A DNA stretch of 32,000 bases from Candidatus Saccharimonadota bacterium (GTDB taxonomy: Bacteria > Patescibacteriota > Saccharimonadia > Saccharimonadales > UBA4665). Of the stretch, positions 7,596 through 15,788 are shown in pieces; within the stretch, counting starts at the first letter, position 1; each line of letters begins with the position of its first letter. Under the pieces are notes generated by a model, which was not told where the DNA came from, ran no database searches, and saw nothing but the letters and a program-made list of their open reading frames with translations. The position numbers were made by a program, and so were the translations under genes. The stretch covers positions 90,001 through 122,000 of the forward strand of contig CP065016.1 in NCBI GenBank assembly GCA_016700375.1. Direction: 5' to 3'.

Positions 7596-8576
7596 ATGCA
7601 AAACCAACCAAAAACTCACCGCATCCGAGTTCTCATAGGCCTGCTCGTATGGCTGGGCTTTCTTGGTATTTTATATGCGAACCAGCAGCGCGTCGTTGAC
7701 TGGTGGAAGCTTCGTGGCTACACGCCGTCAGCAGATGTCACCGCAATCGCACAAGCCACCAAGATGAATGAGCTCGGTACGCACTTGTTTTATGTAAACC
7801 GGCCGCAGCTTATGGAGGCGGCCACGTTTAGTAAGGAGTGTCCCATTGCGGCCGAAAAAACAATCATTCTTGGTTGTTACAAAGGTGGCGACAAGGGTAT
7901 TTACCTTTACCGCGTGAATGATGTACGACTGCAGGGCGTGGAGGAAGTTACCGCTGCTCACGAAATGCTGCATGCTGCCTACGCCCGACTTTCGGCAAAT
8001 GAGAAAAAACAGCTCAATAAACAGCTAGAGGACTTTTTCGAAACCCTAACAGACGACCGCATAAAACAAACCATAGCTTCGTACCGCCAAACGGAGCCAA
8101 CTGAACTCGCAAACGAAATGCACTCTATTTTCGCAACCGAAATTCTCGAACTCCCCAGCTCGCTCGAGAAGCACTATGCGCGGTATTTCTCCGACAGGAA
8201 AGCCGTTGCAACGCTTGCGGTGCGCTATCAAGCAGAGTTTACATCACGCCGCGAACGTATTGCAGGGTATGACACAGCGCTAACCGGGCTAAAGCAAGAA
8301 ATAGAACAAAATCAGGACGCCCTGACGTCGCAAAAAGCCGAGCTAGACCTGCAGCAAAACCAGCTCGACTCTCTTCGAAAGGCAGATGCAGTTGCGTACA
8401 ATTCGCGGGTTTCAGACTACAATCGCCTTGTTCGCTCCTATAACGCACTACTTGAACAGACCCGTGCAGACATAAAAAAATATAACGACATTGTTGAAGC
8501 GCGTAATACTATAGCGCTCGAGGAACGGCAACTAACACAGGCCCTTTCTGCCGAAGGCCTCCCCGCCGCCCAGTAA
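7596..8576 (+). CDS. Membrane-anchored hypothetical protein with HExxH motif (AAHEMLHAAY) and a C-terminal coiled-coil-like region
   Basis: ORF track 7557-8576. The ATG at 7596 (MQNQPKTHRIRVLIGLLVWLGFLGILY...) is preferred because the -10 lies inside the longer ORF. One N-terminal TM helix, and a Q/L/E-rich C-terminal third. Confidence 0.6.
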   Translation: MQNQPKTHRIRVLIGLLVWLGFLGILYANQQRVVDWWKLRGYTPSADVTAIAQATKMNELGTHLFYVNRPQLMEAATFSKECPIAAEKTIILGCYKGGDKGIYLYRVNDVRLQGVEEVTAAHEMLHAAYARLSANEKKQLNKQLEDFFETLTDDRIKQTIASYRQTEPTELANEMHSIFATEILELPSSLEKHYARYFSDRKAVATLAVRYQAEFTSRRERIAGYDTALTGLKQEIEQNQDALTSQKAELDLQQNQLDSLRKADAVAYNSRVSDYNRLVRSYNALLEQTRADIKKYNDIVEARNTIALEERQLTQALSAEGLPAAQ

Positions 8577-8654
8577 GTCGGTCCAGATGGCCGTAGTCAA
8601 TTGGTATGGCGCAAGGTGGCGACTGCTTTTGCTGTACTCATAGAGCACCAATGT

Positions 8655-8663
8655 TGCTATACT
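8655..8663 (+). promoter_or_regulatory. Extended -10 TGCTATACT, 8 nt upstream of the radA ATG
   Basis: Read directly. Confidence 0.5.
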
Positions 8664-8671
8664 GAGAACCT

Positions 8672-10024
8672 ATGGCGAAAAATAGTGTGAAGTTTGTGTG
8701 TAGTTCTTGCGGCGCCCAAAGCAGCGCGTGGGCGGGGCGGTGTAGCCAATGTGGCGAATGGAATACGCTGCAGGAAGAAGTTCAGCTTGTTGCCGCTGGT
8801 GGAAATGGGGCGAAGCCGACAGGGAAGATTTTGGCATCCCAGGATGTACTGAGTAGTACGCGCCAAAAAGAAAAACGTATACCAACCACACTGGCTGATG
8901 TCGACGCTGTGCTGGGCGGCGGGCTTGTGCATGGCGGGGTGGTCCTGATTGCCGGGCAGCCAGGGATTGGAAAGAGCACACTCCTTATGCAGGTAGCAAA
9001 CCACGTCGCAGCGAGCAGGCCAGTTCTATACATTAGCGGCGAAGAATCAGAACACCAAGTTGCTATGCGGGCATCTCGCCTGGGTGCATCGGCAACTCAG
9101 CTAGAAATAGCGAATAGCAGCCAAGCAGATGACGCGGCGGCTACTATTGCCAGCAAGCAATTCGAACTGGTAGTTGTCGATTCTATCCAGACGATGAATG
9201 CGGTCGGTGTTAGTTCTGCGCCAGGTAGTGTTAGTCAGATTACCAACAGTACAAATATACTCCTGCAGGCGGCGAAGCAGTCAAATACGGCACTCATCAT
9301 CGTTGGGCATGTCACCAAAGAAGGCTCCATAGCTGGGCCAAAAATTCTTGAGCACATTGTAGACGTTGTCCTCACACTTGAAGGAGATGCCTACGGCGGT
9401 TTTAAGGTGCTTCGAGCTACCAAGAACCGGTTTGGGCCAACCACCGAGGCGGCAATAATGGAAATGGACGAACAGGGGCTGAAACCTGTCCTCAACCCGT
9501 CACAGGCGCTGCTAGAAGAGCGACAAATCACTGACGGCTCGGTGGTACTCGCGACCCTAGAGGGCACGCGACCACTTCTCGTCGAGGTGCAGGCCTTGGT
9601 AAACAAGACGAATTACGGGTACCCAAAACGGGCCGCAAGCGGGATTGACCTCAATCGAGTGAACCTCCTTGTCGCCATGTTAGAACGCCGCACCAAGCTC
9701 AATTTGGCTGAAATGGACATTTACGTCAACATTGTGGGTGGACTGCGCTTGCAAGACCCGGCTGCCGACCTGGCGGTGTGTATGGCAATTGGTTCTGCGG
9801 CCAAAGGCCTCAAACTAAAACGAAATGCAGTTGTCTTCGGTGAAATAGGCCTCTCAGGTGAAATTCGCCATGTGCCGTTTATAGAAAAGCGTGTCGCAGA
9901 AGCCAAAAAGCTCGGGTTTGACTGCGCAATCGGGCCGCGCATACGGGGCAGCGCAAAGCAGCCATCATTTCTTGTGACGGTGCCAGATGTACGCACAGCG
10001 CTAAACGAATTTCTCCAGAAATAA
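8672..10024 (+). CDS. radA: DNA repair protein RadA/Sms
   Basis: N-terminal C4 zinc ribbon (CSSCGAQSSAWAGRCSQCGEW), Walker A GQPGIGKST, the KNRFG motif (ATKNRFG) and a Lon-protease-like C-terminal domain. Confidence 0.94.
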   Translation: MAKNSVKFVCSSCGAQSSAWAGRCSQCGEWNTLQEEVQLVAAGGNGAKPTGKILASQDVLSSTRQKEKRIPTTLADVDAVLGGGLVHGGVVLIAGQPGIGKSTLLMQVANHVAASRPVLYISGEESEHQVAMRASRLGASATQLEIANSSQADDAAATIASKQFELVVVDSIQTMNAVGVSSAPGSVSQITNSTNILLQAAKQSNTALIIVGHVTKEGSIAGPKILEHIVDVVLTLEGDAYGGFKVLRATKNRFGPTTEAAIMEMDEQGLKPVLNPSQALLEERQITDGSVVLATLEGTRPLLVEVQALVNKTNYGYPKRAASGIDLNRVNLLVAMLERRTKLNLAEMDIYVNIVGGLRLQDPAADLAVCMAIGSAAKGLKLKRNAVVFGEIGLSGEIRHVPFIEKRVAEAKKLGFDCAIGPRIRGSAKQPSFLVTVPDVRTALNEFLQK

Positions 10025-10175
10025 ACAATACATACAAGGCGCGGCGCTGGCACGCTGGCTTGCCCTTTGTCGTAGCTATGGCTACACCTCAGGCAGATGC
10101 TAACAAGCCAGCACTATATCTGATGACTATGATACCTCAGGATAGGAGGGTCGGGGTACTAGGAGGGTTGGAGTG

Positions 10176-13103
10176 TTAGGTTGACGGTACGCTGGGGGCT
10201 TTCACCACCGAGACACTTGCGCTGTCGCTGCCTTGGTAGAGAACGCTGTCGGTGACTTGTATGGTTACCTGCAGGGATTCGGCACTATCGCTAGCGGGCA
10301 CATACGTAAACTGGTAATCACCACTGGCGCTAACCCCCTGCGACTGCACTTGCTGGCCGTTTATCGATAGTGAAAGTGTACCGGGGAAGCTTGCCCGTGC
10401 CGCGTCGTTAAGCGCGTGAGTACCTTGGTCGACGCGAACCATAATACTACAGCCCGCCTCGGGACATGTTAGCCCAGCTTCGCTGACGGTAGAAGCGCCA
10501 TTCACTGCTGTAATACTAGCTGTTGGTTTGGCATCATTACAGTTATGGATGTCGTCGTTACCCGTAGCAGGAGCGTTGCCGCCGGTACTACCACCCGAGA
10601 AGACATCGACGTTCCAGCCCGCTGCATTACTGTTTGCGCTGCTTTGTTTCGCAAGCGGCGGAGTACAGCTCGTGGCTAGCTTGTTGGAAACTTTGTCTAG
10701 CACTTCGTTTGTTGAGGCTGCCTTTCCAACATACCAGGAAGGGAAGAGGTCGGTGGCGCGGCTCGGGACGATTTGTCCTGCGCCGTTCTTGCTGCGGTTT
10801 ATGAAGGCTGGGGCTGTTTTGATGCCCGTAGGCTCTTTCCAGTTGTCGGCCGCTCCGGCACGGTCATGCGCCCCTTGCATAAACTGTTTCATAATAGGGG
10901 CAGTCATGTTTTCTGGCTGGCCGTAGTACGGCACGGTGCGCGTGTGGTTTCCGACCCATATGCCAGCTGAATATTTCTTCGACCAGCTGACCATCATGCC
11001 GTCGAGCAGGTTGTTTGTGGTACCAGTTTTTATGCCAATTTTCCACCCTTTATAGCGGTGGAACTTTAGTCCGCCACACCCTTGTTCGTTACAACTGTTC
11101 CCCAGATAAGATGCTGCTGGGTCTGACGCCATGTCGTTGACTATGTACGCTGAATCGGGTTTTACGATTTGTTTTCCGGCTGGCTGTTTGTATTCTTTAA
11201 GTGTCTTGCCGGCAGCATTTGTTACTTTCAAAATGTAGGTTTTTGGCAGCGACTTGCCGAGCCGCGAAATAGAGGCGATGCCATTCACGTGGTCGTCAAG
11301 GTGCAGGTACGCACCGTCGCCAATACCTGCTGAGGCATAACACTGCGTTTCATCTGCCTTGGTTGCTGTAGTAACATCAGTTGCATCCTTGAAACAGCGG
11401 TAGCCATCAGGGTTGTCCATGAGCCCATCTATGGTTGAGATAACTTTATTGATGGAGTTTGTGCGGCCAGGGCTCGTATCGTTCGGTACGGCTGAGGTAA
11501 AGGCCTTCACGGCAGGCACGTTACGAGAACCGCCAAGTGCATAGCGCAGCGTCATTGGGCCGGGGTATCGCCGGTCAAAGTCAAACAAACAGTTGCCGCC
11601 GCTTTCGGGACGAGCTCTGTTAGTACACGTGTACTGTGCAATCGGTCCTTGAGTGTCGTACAGAACGCTACCAGCACCAACATTCTTGTTGTTGTCTATA
11701 AAAGCCAGGTAGTTGTAGGGCTTAATGCTTGAGCCTGGTGATATGTACATTTGGTTTGCATAGTTATTTTCGCCGTATCCAGGCGTGTCTAGTCCCCAGC
11801 CCCCAACGAGTGCTACGATTTGCCCAGTTTCATTATCTTCGGCAACAAAGGCCCCCACATCTGCCCGCTGGCGGGTTAACTGCGCGCGCCCATCGTTCAT
11901 AGATTTTTCAGCGAGCGCTTGCAGGTCCATATCTACTGTGGTTATAACCTTCCATCCACCATTATCGACGACTGCTTTAGGAAAGGTTTTGTACAGCTCG
12001 TCCCTGGCTGCAAGCACAAAGTAGGGTGCTTTAATGTTGTTATATTTGTCTTGACGTGGTTTTACTTGAGCCAAAATATCAACTTTTTTGGCGTCAGCAG
12101 CTTGTTGCTTGGTGATATATTTTTCATCAACCATAACATCGAGTATGTAGTGCTGACGGCCGATGAGCCATTCCCTGTCGAAGTAGTTTGTTCCAAGGCT
12201 TTTATTAAACTCCGGACTACTATAGGGGGAGAGCGAGCCGGGTGCTTTCGGAATGGCCGCAAGCATAGCGGCCTGAGCAAGGCTGAGGTCTTTTGCGCTG
12301 ACCCCAAAGTAATCTTGGGCTGCTGTCTCCACCCCATAGTTGACATTACCGTATGGGGCCATGTTGAGGTACCCAGTTAAAATCTCTTTCTTACTGTATT
12401 CGCGCTCGAGCTCAACGGCAAGAATGAGTTCTTTGACCTTTCGGCTAACGGTTCGTTCATTTTCCCAGCCTTCGCTAAGCTTCACCAGCTGCTGCGTAAT
12501 GGTCGAGCCGCCTTGCCGACCACCGCTGCCACCTTTTACTTCATTGACTGCCGCTCGAACAATACCTTTTGTATCGAACGCGCCGTGCTCAAAGAAGTTT
12601 CGGTCTTCTATAGCCAGCGTGGCTTGTTTCATTACTTCGGCTATTTGGTCTTCTGCCACGGGAACTCGTTTTTTCGCTTCGTAATCTTGATAGAGCAGGA
12701 CAGTACCAGTTCGGTCATAGTAGGTAATGCTGCCGCCAAAGTTACTGCCGTTTACGTCATTTATTTTCGGTAAATCTTTTCGGAAGTAGGCAAACACGCC
12801 TACTAAAAGTAAGAAGCCCACCACAAAACTAACACCGGTGATTTTGAGCGCCATGAGCGCACCCTCGCGGCTAAACCAGTACTTTGCAATTCGTTTTGGA
12901 CTCATACGGTAAAGAAGCCGTTTCCAGGGCTGGGCAGGGAGACTACTAAGATATGCAGCCTTGCGGCGGGCTTTGGCTTCGCGACTCGCTCGCAAACGCT
13001 CATTCAGTGACCGGTTTACTTTAATGGTCTTGCCACTGCGCGTCACGAAGGTGTTCGATTTTGCTTTAGAGCGTCGGGGACGGTTCGATTCAAGCTGTTT
13101 CAT
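10176..13103 (-). CDS. ponA: Class A penicillin-binding protein (GT51 transglycosylase plus transpeptidase) with a long basic N-terminal tail and a C-terminal extension
   Basis: GT51 motifs EDRNFFEHGAFD and GGSTITQQ. Transpeptidase motifs SSIK (SxxK), SRN and KTGTT. The ORF track starts at 13136 (TTG); I prefer the ATG at complement 13101-13103 (MKQLESNRP...) downstream of the TGCTATACT promoter. Confidence 0.9.
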   Translation of the reverse strand: MKQLESNRPRRSKAKSNTFVTRSGKTIKVNRSLNERLRASREAKARRKAAYLSSLPAQPWKRLLYRMSPKRIAKYWFSREGALMALKITGVSFVVGFLLLVGVFAYFRKDLPKINDVNGSNFGGSITYYDRTGTVLLYQDYEAKKRVPVAEDQIAEVMKQATLAIEDRNFFEHGAFDTKGIVRAAVNEVKGGSGGRQGGSTITQQLVKLSEGWENERTVSRKVKELILAVELEREYSKKEILTGYLNMAPYGNVNYGVETAAQDYFGVSAKDLSLAQAAMLAAIPKAPGSLSPYSSPEFNKSLGTNYFDREWLIGRQHYILDVMVDEKYITKQQAADAKKVDILAQVKPRQDKYNNIKAPYFVLAARDELYKTFPKAVVDNGGWKVITTVDMDLQALAEKSMNDGRAQLTRQRADVGAFVAEDNETGQIVALVGGWGLDTPGYGENNYANQMYISPGSSIKPYNYLAFIDNNKNVGAGSVLYDTQGPIAQYTCTNRARPESGGNCLFDFDRRYPGPMTLRYALGGSRNVPAVKAFTSAVPNDTSPGRTNSINKVISTIDGLMDNPDGYRCFKDATDVTTATKADETQCYASAGIGDGAYLHLDDHVNGIASISRLGKSLPKTYILKVTNAAGKTLKEYKQPAGKQIVKPDSAYIVNDMASDPAASYLGNSCNEQGCGGLKFHRYKGWKIGIKTGTTNNLLDGMMVSWSKKYSAGIWVGNHTRTVPYYGQPENMTAPIMKQFMQGAHDRAGAADNWKEPTGIKTAPAFINRSKNGAGQIVPSRATDLFPSWYVGKAASTNEVLDKVSNKLATSCTPPLAKQSSANSNAAGWNVDVFSGGSTGGNAPATGNDDIHNCNDAKPTASITAVNGASTVSEAGLTCPEAGCSIMVRVDQGTHALNDAARASFPGTLSLSINGQQVQSQGVSASGDYQFTYVPASDSAESLQVTIQVTDSVLYQGSDSASVSVVKAPSVPST

Positions 13104-13139
13104 GTAGCTACGCTTTACTCCACTTATATACTGCAATTC

Positions 13140-13148
13140 AGTATAGCA
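13140..13148 (-). promoter_or_regulatory. Extended -10 TGCTATACT on the minus strand, upstream of the PBP gene
   Basis: The reverse complement of 13140-13148 reads TGCTATACT. The TTG at 13136 is only 3 nt downstream, which argues for the ATG at 13103 as the start. Confidence 0.45.
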
Positions 13149-13345
13149 AAATATGGCCTACGAAGCACAAGCAAAATCTAACTAACTCGAACCCGTTTTA
13201 ACCGGCGGGTTCACAGGGGGAGGGCCTGTCCTCCCTGTTGATTATGGTGAAATAATTAGACATAATCAGCCCCGTCCCTAAATGCTTCGCTTACGCTTGA
13301 CGATCGTCTTTGGCTCCAGCAATGGTCCCGCTTCGAGCTGAGGTT

Positions 13346-13380
13346 TAACTCTTATCTCTTAACTCTTATCTCTTAACTAT
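13346..13380. repeat. Period-7 tandem array (TAACTCT TATCTCT)x2.5 immediately upstream of tyrS
   Basis: TAACTCT TATCTCT TAACTCT TATCTCT TAACTAT read directly. Same unit family as 27963-28009. Confidence 0.9.
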
Positions 13381-13387
13381 GTATACT
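13359..13387 (+). promoter_or_regulatory. Candidate tyrS promoter: -35 TTAACT (13359-13364, inside the array), 17-nt spacer, -10 TATACT (13382-13387)
   Basis: Same geometry and near-identical sequence to the hisS upstream region. The ATG at 13394 is 6 nt after the -10. Confidence 0.5.
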
Positions 13388-13393
13388 AAAACC

Positions 13394-14641
13394 ATGACAT
13401 TATCAGAGGAACTCGCCTGGCGAGGATTTACCAATCAAACAACGTACAAAGATACCGGCGCCCTTAATGGCAAGCCGATAACGTTTTACTGGGGTGTTGA
13501 CCCAAGTGCCGATAGCATGACGGTAGGTAACTTCGCTGTTGCTATGATGATTCGCCATTTTATAGATCACGGCCACAAGGCCATCTTGCTGGTAGGTGGT
13601 GCCACCGGCATGATTGGTGACCCAGACGGCAAAAAACAGGAACGTGACCTGCTGTCGCTCGAGGATATAGAGCGCAATAAGCAGGGTATATCGGAACAGT
13701 ACCGCAAAATTTTTGCCGGACACGACTTTGAAATTGTCGATAACTATGACTGGTTTAAAGAGTTTGGCTACCTCCAGTTTTTGCGTGAAGTCGGCAAGCA
13801 CGTGCCAATGCGCCAAATGCTCGGCCGCCAGTTTGTCCAAGACCGTTTGACCGAAGACGGCGACGGCATTTCGTACGCCGAGTTTAGCTATGCTCTCATA
13901 CAGGGATTTGATTTCCTCCACCTGTACCGTGAAAAGGGTGCAACGCTGCAGGTGGCCGGTTCCGACCAGTGGGGAAACTGTATTGCTGGCGTGGAGCTCA
14001 TACGTCGTATGGCCGGGGGTGAGGCGCACATATGGACAGCACCGCTTATTGTGAATAAAACGACTGGGGTGAAATTTGGCAAAAGCGAGGGCGGTGCCGT
14101 GTGGCTTGACCCTGCCAAAACAACGCCGACGGGCTTTTACCAGTTTTGGATAAACTGCGACGATTTAGGGGTAGAAGACTACCTGAAAATCTACACCCTG
14201 CTGCCGAAAGAAGAAGTTGAAAGCATTATGGCAAAACAGCAGGAGAACCCTAGCGCGCGCTATGCACAAACGCGTCTGGCCGAGGAAGTTACGCGGCTTG
14301 TGCACGGCGAAGAATCCCTTGCAACTGCCCAGAAGGTAACTGCCTGCTTGGTGGGCGAGGCACCTGTGGGTGAGGCCGATGGCTCGACTATTCAGGCATT
14401 GCGAGCAGAAATTCCGAGCGTGCAAGTTGCTGAGGATGGCTCGGTATTGATGGCAATGGTTGACGCTGGCCTGGCCAGCAGCAACGGCGAAGCCCGCCGT
14501 TTACTCCAAGGAAACGCCATTTCTATAAATGGGGTGAAAGTCTCAGATGAAAACTTCAATCCTGCGTTGTTTACCGCTGGCCGCCTCATCCTACGCCGCG
14601 GCAAAGCCCACAAAGACTCTGCACTTGTAGAACTACAATAG
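13394..14641 (+). CDS. tyrS: Tyrosyl-tRNA synthetase (with C-terminal S4-like domain)
   Basis: GGATGMIGDPDGKKQER, a KFGKS (KMSKS-type) loop and a C-terminal S4-like domain (GEARRLLQGNAISINGVKV). The HIGH position reads TVGN. The ORF track starts at 13379; 13394 (MTLSEELAWRGF...) is preferred because 13379 overlaps the -10. Confidence 0.9.
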   Translation: MTLSEELAWRGFTNQTTYKDTGALNGKPITFYWGVDPSADSMTVGNFAVAMMIRHFIDHGHKAILLVGGATGMIGDPDGKKQERDLLSLEDIERNKQGISEQYRKIFAGHDFEIVDNYDWFKEFGYLQFLREVGKHVPMRQMLGRQFVQDRLTEDGDGISYAEFSYALIQGFDFLHLYREKGATLQVAGSDQWGNCIAGVELIRRMAGGEAHIWTAPLIVNKTTGVKFGKSEGGAVWLDPAKTTPTGFYQFWINCDDLGVEDYLKIYTLLPKEEVESIMAKQQENPSARYAQTRLAEEVTRLVHGEESLATAQKVTACLVGEAPVGEADGSTIQALRAEIPSVQVAEDGSVLMAMVDAGLASSNGEARRLLQGNAISINGVKVSDENFNPALFTAGRLILRRGKAHKDSALVELQ

Positions 14642-14704
14642 ATAGTATTCCATTATGGCGCAATAGTAGTATATAATATTGCTCATATAGGAATAGGAGC
14701 CAGC

Positions 14705-15751
14705 GTGAATTATTTTGGTAGGCAGCCTGCTGATGGAGCGAGTGAGGCCAGTCGTTGGCAGGATTTAGCAGCCCGGGAAGCGTATAGCATTTTGGCACGC
14801 GAGCCTGCAGCGCCTGGTGTATTATCAGATGCTTGGACAGATATAGAAACACTGGCGATTAACGCTAAAAGCAGTGGGGTTGGGGCATATTTGATTGAAC
14901 AATCGGTAGTATTGAGTGCTGTTAAGCCCAATCCAAACACTTCGAAGCAGCTGCTACTCCTAGATATGGCACTGAAACGTCCTGAAGTGCCTATGATTGT
15001 ATATCATTTTGACGTACCCCCATCTGTACGCTCTATCTTGCCACGGTATGCTTTGGAGGGAATTAAGAATCCGACACCACAAGATGGTTCGTCGGTCCGA
15101 CCGCCAAAGACAGCCAGGGAGATTCACACTAGAGCTTTCCCCTGGCTACAAGCGATAGGCGGCATAAGGGCCTCGAATCAGAACTATACTCTACCAGGGC
15201 CTGGAAAACTTTTTGGACCAAAATGGTTAACAGGTTATTTACTTTCGCAGAGTTTTGACGCGGTGCAGCCGAAGCATTTACCTAAGGGGCATGAGCCTAT
15301 ACTCCTAGACGATATCACAATACAACGAATAGCTCGACACGCAGTGTGTGCTGAGGTGGTCTATCTCGGAGGAAGACCTCAAGATGGCAGTAGGAATTAT
15401 ATGTCAACAGTGTCAAACCCTCGCTACGGCGCCTGGGGTCGTGAAATGCCAACCGGCGAGGATCAAGTTCGCGATGTGCTTGATGTGGCTCCAGATACCC
15501 GTACTCGAGTTCTGCGAAGAGATCCTAGTCACATACTTAGCAGAGAGCTTGCTCGCTCTGGGGGTTTGCCATGGCTATTGCCGAAAGAACGTCAAATGGT
15601 GGATTTTGAAAGTAAAGCGGGTCGAATAGTCTTGGGGATAGCAAGGCAGCACATGACTGAACCGATTGCAGCAGCGAGAATGCAGCAATGTATAGATGCA
15701 GAAAAAATGATTGCGTTAGTTAGGGCTTTCTCACCTGTTGATGCGCCATGA
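14705..15751 (+). CDS. Hypothetical protein (348 aa), no recognisable family
   Basis: GTG start with a GGAG SD about 6 nt upstream and a TATATAAT box at about 14670. No motif recognised by eye. Confidence 0.55.
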   Translation: MNYFGRQPADGASEASRWQDLAAREAYSILAREPAAPGVLSDAWTDIETLAINAKSSGVGAYLIEQSVVLSAVKPNPNTSKQLLLLDMALKRPEVPMIVYHFDVPPSVRSILPRYALEGIKNPTPQDGSSVRPPKTAREIHTRAFPWLQAIGGIRASNQNYTLPGPGKLFGPKWLTGYLLSQSFDAVQPKHLPKGHEPILLDDITIQRIARHAVCAEVVYLGGRPQDGSRNYMSTVSNPRYGAWGREMPTGEDQVRDVLDVAPDTRTRVLRRDPSHILSRELARSGGLPWLLPKERQMVDFESKAGRIVLGIARQHMTEPIAAARMQQCIDAEKMIALVRAFSPVDAP

Positions 15752-15775
15752 TTCGGCGATACCCGGCTGATAATC

Positions 15776-15781
15776 TATAAT
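15776..15781 (+). promoter_or_regulatory. -10 TATAAT, 7 nt upstream of the murT ATG at 15789
   Basis: Read directly. No SD between the -10 and the ATG. Confidence 0.45.
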
Positions 15782-15788
15782 CGTGTAT

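Noticed and set aside
8577-8654. tRNA-like fragment (GGCCGTAGTCAATTGGTATGGCG...) between the HExxH orphan and radA
   Set aside because: It cannot be folded into a cloverleaf on either strand, with no T-arm (GTTCRANYC) and no matching acceptor. It is more simply an irregular hairpin (AGTCG...CGACT plus TTTT) acting as the upstream gene's terminator.
10054-10112. 9-bp inverted repeat GCTGGCTTG/CAAGCCAGC and direct repeats (ACCTCAGG x2, TAGGAGGGT x2) between radA and the PBP gene, considered as MITE or IS termini
   Set aside because: The region is only about 150 bp between convergent genes and has no coding capacity or duplication flanks. It is best explained as bidirectional terminator structure.
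13321-13331. T-box-like string AATGGTCCCGC upstream of tyrS (compare the T-box core TGGTACCGC)
   Set aside because: The match is only partial. No specifier-loop, stem I, terminator or antiterminator architecture can be drawn. tyrS has its own promoter only about 10 nt before the ATG, which leaves no leader to regulate.
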